Notes under the pieces: model-generated
Told to the model about the DNA's origin: nothing
Database searches by the model: none
Seen by the model: the letters and a program-made list of their open reading frames with translations, nothing else
Program-made: the position numbers and the translations under genes
Shown here: piece by piece, positions 63,360 through 64,000 of the stretch
How the letters are laid out: each line of letters starts with the position of its first letter
Position numbering within the stretch: position 1 is the first letter of the stretch
DNA from: an uncultured Nitrospiraceae bacterium
Lineage (GTDB): Bacteria; Nitrospirota; Thermodesulfovibrionia; Thermodesulfovibrionales; Dissulfurispiraceae
Direction: 5' to 3'
Length of the DNA stretch: 64,000 nucleotides
NCBI GenBank assembly: GCA_963727805.1
Contig: CAVSHF010000003.1
Location: 128,001 to 192,000, forward strand

Positions 63360-63950
63360 TTATCCTGTTGCAACAGTCGGACCGTAGGCATTATGAACAC
63401 AGGGATGTTTGTAGTGCTCCGTTTTGTAATAATCAAGCAGTCTTTTTACCAGAAGGTGAGGATTCTTGCCATATATTATTTTGGCGCCCGTTCTCTTTTT
63501 TATGATTTTGACAATATTCTTTATTGCGGAGGTAATGCCTCCAGTCCCGATAAGAACACCTATCAACTTACCCTCATCATAGGCTATCGAGAATTCTCCT
63601 AGTGTGCCAGAACGTCCACCGATTATGATAACCACATCAGAGCTTCTTATATTTACAACCTCTCTTCCCATAAGCCCGCTTCCCGTAAATATGAGTACAT
63701 CATGATACTCAAGAGGTGAATGGTATTTATGTAAATGCTCCCATTCGCTCAAGGCTGGTGAAATGCCAACGACGATGCCGCCCGCCTCATGCGCCCCTCT
63801 GGCTGACTCCAGTGGCAACCCCGGACATGCTCCGGTGATGGTTACGCACTCGTTTTGCGCGATGGCACGGCCTAGTTCATATGCGATATTTTTTTGACTT
63901 TTCGAGAGGGTGCCTGTTGCGGATCCCATGACACCAATTTTTAATTTCAT
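63360..63950 (-). CDS. LOG-family (SLOG/TIGR00725-like) protein
   Basis: IGVMGSA, TGACPGLP, GISPA, GRE..N, GGRSGTLGE. Confidence 0.88.
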   Translation of the reverse strand: MKLKIGVMGSATGTLSKSQKNIAYELGRAIAQNECVTITGACPGLPLESARGAHEAGGIVVGISPALSEWEHLHKYHSPLEYHDVLIFTGSGLMGREVVNIRSSDVVIIIGGRSGTLGEFSIAYDEGKLIGVLIGTGGITSAIKNIVKIIKKRTGAKIIYGKNPHLLVKRLLDYYKTEHYKHPCVHNAYGPTVATG

Positions 63951-64000
63951 ATTTTGCCTCCCAACCGTTAATTTTCATACCCATTCGTCTCTGACTTTAG

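Noticed and set aside
1..64000. Genome-wide reassignment of TAG to a sense codon
   Set aside because: TAG ends clearly intact genes (ACT protein at 25069, fbaA at 27152), and most TAG-containing remnants also carry frameshifts or truncations
1..64000. CRISPR array, tRNA, rRNA or prophage genes
   Set aside because: No regularly spaced repeats, cloverleaf/T-loop signatures, rRNA motifs or phage structural genes were recognised by eye

Overview
Bacterial chromosomal window of mixed base composition. Gene content suggests an anaerobic or microaerobic Gram-negative organism such as Nitrospirota or Desulfobacterota (inference only). It is a mosaic of unrelated small modules: a MacAB-like exporter, TrxB, TrmO, an MFS transporter, a HAAT (Liv-type) ABC importer operon ending in a LarA-family nickel-pincer racemase and a MOFRL glycerate kinase, class II aldolase, a frameshifted glgX, PilZ/HD-GYP and PilZ/REC signalling modules, an orphan molybdopterin oxidoreductase with a TOBE protein, a succinate-semialdehyde dehydrogenase and a group 3b [NiFe] hydrogenase operon. 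Mobile DNA comprises an IS1182 inserted into the terminal hairpin of a tiny IS200/IS605-derived element, a decayed IS605 (tnpA + tnpB), a solo IS605-type left end and a probable ISNCY-type MITE. Many pseudogene fragments are present. The most notable unexplained signals are (i) a ~235-nt multi-hairpin non-coding transcript with a perfect sigma70 promoter and an intrinsic terminator at ~49.2-49.45 kb, (ii) the importer-LarA-glycerate kinase operon, a candidate new 2-hydroxyacid racemisation pathway, bracketed by a 126-bp inverted repeat, and (iii) an orphan omega-RNA-like mini-element at 5.1-7.0 kb. No rRNA, tRNA or CRISPR array was seen.
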